From: Octopus vulgaris
Taxonomy: Eukaryota
Direction: 5' to 3'
Assembly: GCA_951406725.2 (NCBI GenBank)
Contig: OX597824.1
Span: forward strand, 30,132,001 to 30,196,000
DNA: 64,000 nucleotides
Made by a program: the position numbers and the translations under genes
Part shown: piece after piece, positions 61,786-64,000 of the stretch
Numbering within the stretch: position 1 is the first letter of the stretch
Layout of the letters: each line of letters begins with the position of its first letter
The notes under the pieces: generated by a model
The model's database searches: none
Told to the model about the DNA's origin: nothing
What the model saw: the letters and a program-made list of their open reading frames with translations, nothing else

Positions 61786-63728
61786 GATTATTGTTATTTT
61801 AATTTTTTATAATTTTTTATTTTGATATCCTATTTTTACTTGAATATATCCAGTTTATTTTGTTTAATTTCCACCTAAGTACATTTGTTGGCGATGTTGT
61901 TTTGTTTTTTTAATTTCCATGCCAGACAGCTTCATTTTGAAGTAACAAAGTAATTGTTACTGACTGACTGACTGCCTCCTTCTGTATAAGTTCTGTATTT
62001 ACTTTGTGATAGATGGATTTAGATGGCGGGAGTGGGTGGGGGGTAGGGTTATGCATTTCAGAATGAGGAACTTTTACTTCGACTTGTAGTCCTGAACCAA
62101 TATGTTGGTGAAGCCTCTTGAGAAATAGGCTTTAGTGGGAGGAAAACCTGATATAGCAGATTTATAAATGGCTGTTTAGTCTGATAGCTTTAAATATATT
62201 TAAATCTGTCAATAAGCAGTAAATATATATTCAACATGTTAATACTGGGCTTCCTAGTTGCAGGAATGGCTGTATTAAGGAAGGTTCCTGAAATTTTGCT
62301 GTGTACTTTTTTTAAAACTCCTGAGCTATAAAATAGGGGCAGTGAAGGAAAGTTATTTTCAGTTCAGCTGATCAGTAGTGATGGTGCATGGCCTAGTGGC
62401 TAGAGTGTTGCATTCTTGATTGTCAGACTGTGGGTTCAATTCCCAGATCAGGTGGTGTGCTCTGTTCTTGAGCAAAACACTTCATTTCACATTGCTCAAG
62501 TACTATGTGGAGATTAGCATGTCCAAAGAATACACATGTTGCAAAAAACAGGAGATTGCGGTAGGATTTCCACTCCAATCTTGTAAAACTCCCACCAGTA
62601 AAAACTACCCACACCGACCCATGGGTTAGAAAGTTATACCCTGAGTGGTGCAGTGGCATCATCCACCCAGAGTAGCAGGGAATCACCAAGAAATGGTGGA
62701 TGCAGCAGTGCACTGTTTTCAGTGCATGTTCCTATACTACTACTACTACTACCACCACCGCTACTACATCATCATCATCTATTAACAGCAGCTATTATAT
62801 TTTTGTTAGTTTTTGATATTTTTTTTAGGTTTTTTTTTCTTCTTTTTTTCAAAGAAAATTGTCTTAGAGATATTTTTCTAAGAATTTATATTCATAAACT
62901 TTCTTATATGTCAGCGTAGTTCAAAATTTAGCTCCCTAAACCCATGAGGGCTCTAGGCAAATCAGTGCACTGGGTCCTATAGTATTTATTTATGGACAGC
63001 AAACCACAACATACATAGATCAGAATTGGGTTCCCCCTAGACCCACAAGGCCTCCCCAGGCAACTGCCCAGTGTTTCTATACCTTAAAACAGCACTGCCT
63101 CCAAATAAAGACCTCATTTGGAACATGACAACCTGTCCAACTCATGACAGCATGGAAATTAATAGGCATAAAATGACAACAATGATGATGATGAGGAGGA
63201 GGGTGAAGAGGAGGTTGACTACTTGATATGAGTATGAAATGTCAACAGAATTTGGTTTTGGTCTTGGTAATCTCTTTTAAAAGACAAACTGATTCTAAAG
63301 TCTACATGGAATATATTATGTGTGTGTATAGTAAGGTTGCTAGGTTGTTTGCTGTTGTGTACATTTCTGCCCAACCTTAACTCATCTCCTGACCTTTACT
63401 TAGGCTTCAGCTTCAAATCTAATGTCTATTTAATGTTACTGACAGCTCTAATTGATTCTTTTCTCCTCTCGTTTCTGACCTCTCTTAAAGTTTATTTTAC
63501 TTCATCCTTGCAATTAAGCTCAAAACTAATTTTGAGCCAAAATAAGGTCAAACAATCTGACCGTTCCATCACTGCAATGAAATAGCCATAGTTTTAACTT
63601 GTTTGACAGAATGTTAATGTAAATATCGTTGTTACATTCTATAAGGAAACTGTATTGTTTGATAGAAAGAGAATTACATAAATTTATGTATTTCTCTTAT
63701 ATGTATGTATATATATATATATATATAT

Positions 63729-64000
63729 AGGCGCAGGAGTGGCTGTGTGGTAAGTAGCTTGCTTACCAACCACATGGTTCTGGGTTCATTCCCACTGCAT
63801 GGCACCTTGGGCAAGTATCTTCTACTATATCCTGGGCTGACCAAAGCCTTGGAAAGGGAATTTGGTAGACAGGAACTGAAAGAACCCCATTGTATATATG
63901 TGTGTTTGTCCCCCCCCCCCCCAACATCTCTTGACAACCAATACTGGTGTGTTTACATCCCAGTAACTTAGTGGTTCGGCAAAAGAGACTGATAGAATAA
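63729..64000 (+). mobile_element. SINE family A, cut by the window end
   Basis: AGGCGCAGGAGTGGCTGTGTGGTAAGTAGC start directly after (TA)n. Confidence 0.9.

Noticed and set aside
1-64000. The many 60-195 aa ORFs in the six-frame track
   Set aside because: Almost all are translations of microsatellites ([12 protein letters not shown], poly-F) or SINE bodies. Only 41939-42172 (exon C), 43134-43373 (hAT), 47631-47879 (LINE) and part of 2061-2378 (pogo-like) overlap recognisable protein.
42169-64000. Next LRIG LRR exon
   Set aside because: No AG/GT-bounded phase-2 LRR-coding segment was found by eye. It probably lies beyond the window, though a short exon could have been missed.

Overview
AT-rich eukaryotic DNA full of microsatellites. 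The tRNA-SINE families and (TA)n/(CA)n/(CAT)n density point to a coleoid cephalopod, most likely Octopus (inference). The window appears to lie within one large + strand gene. Three LRR exons (10707-10778, 18404-18475, 42031-42168; canonical AG/GT, phase 2) splice in frame into a peptide resembling the N-terminal LRRs of LRIG proteins. No other exon was recognised. The introns hold four SINE-like families, TTAA-flanked piggyBac-type MITEs, hAT, pogo and mariner remnants, RTE, R4/Dong and Hero LINE fragments, fold-back inserts in (TA)n, and two copies of a TIR element with telomeric repeats whose target duplications differ (8 bp vs about 21 bp). The main unexplained signal is that many non-repetitive intronic islands fold by eye into stems whose non-canonical pairs are mostly G-U on the gene strand. 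In addition, a block about 0.3-1 kb upstream of exon 3 is complementary to distal blocks 6-26 kb away. This is a candidate long-range RNA-structure scaffold for A-to-I editing or splicing. All pairings were read by eye, with no folding energies or database searches, and repeat boundaries are approximate unless TSDs are given.
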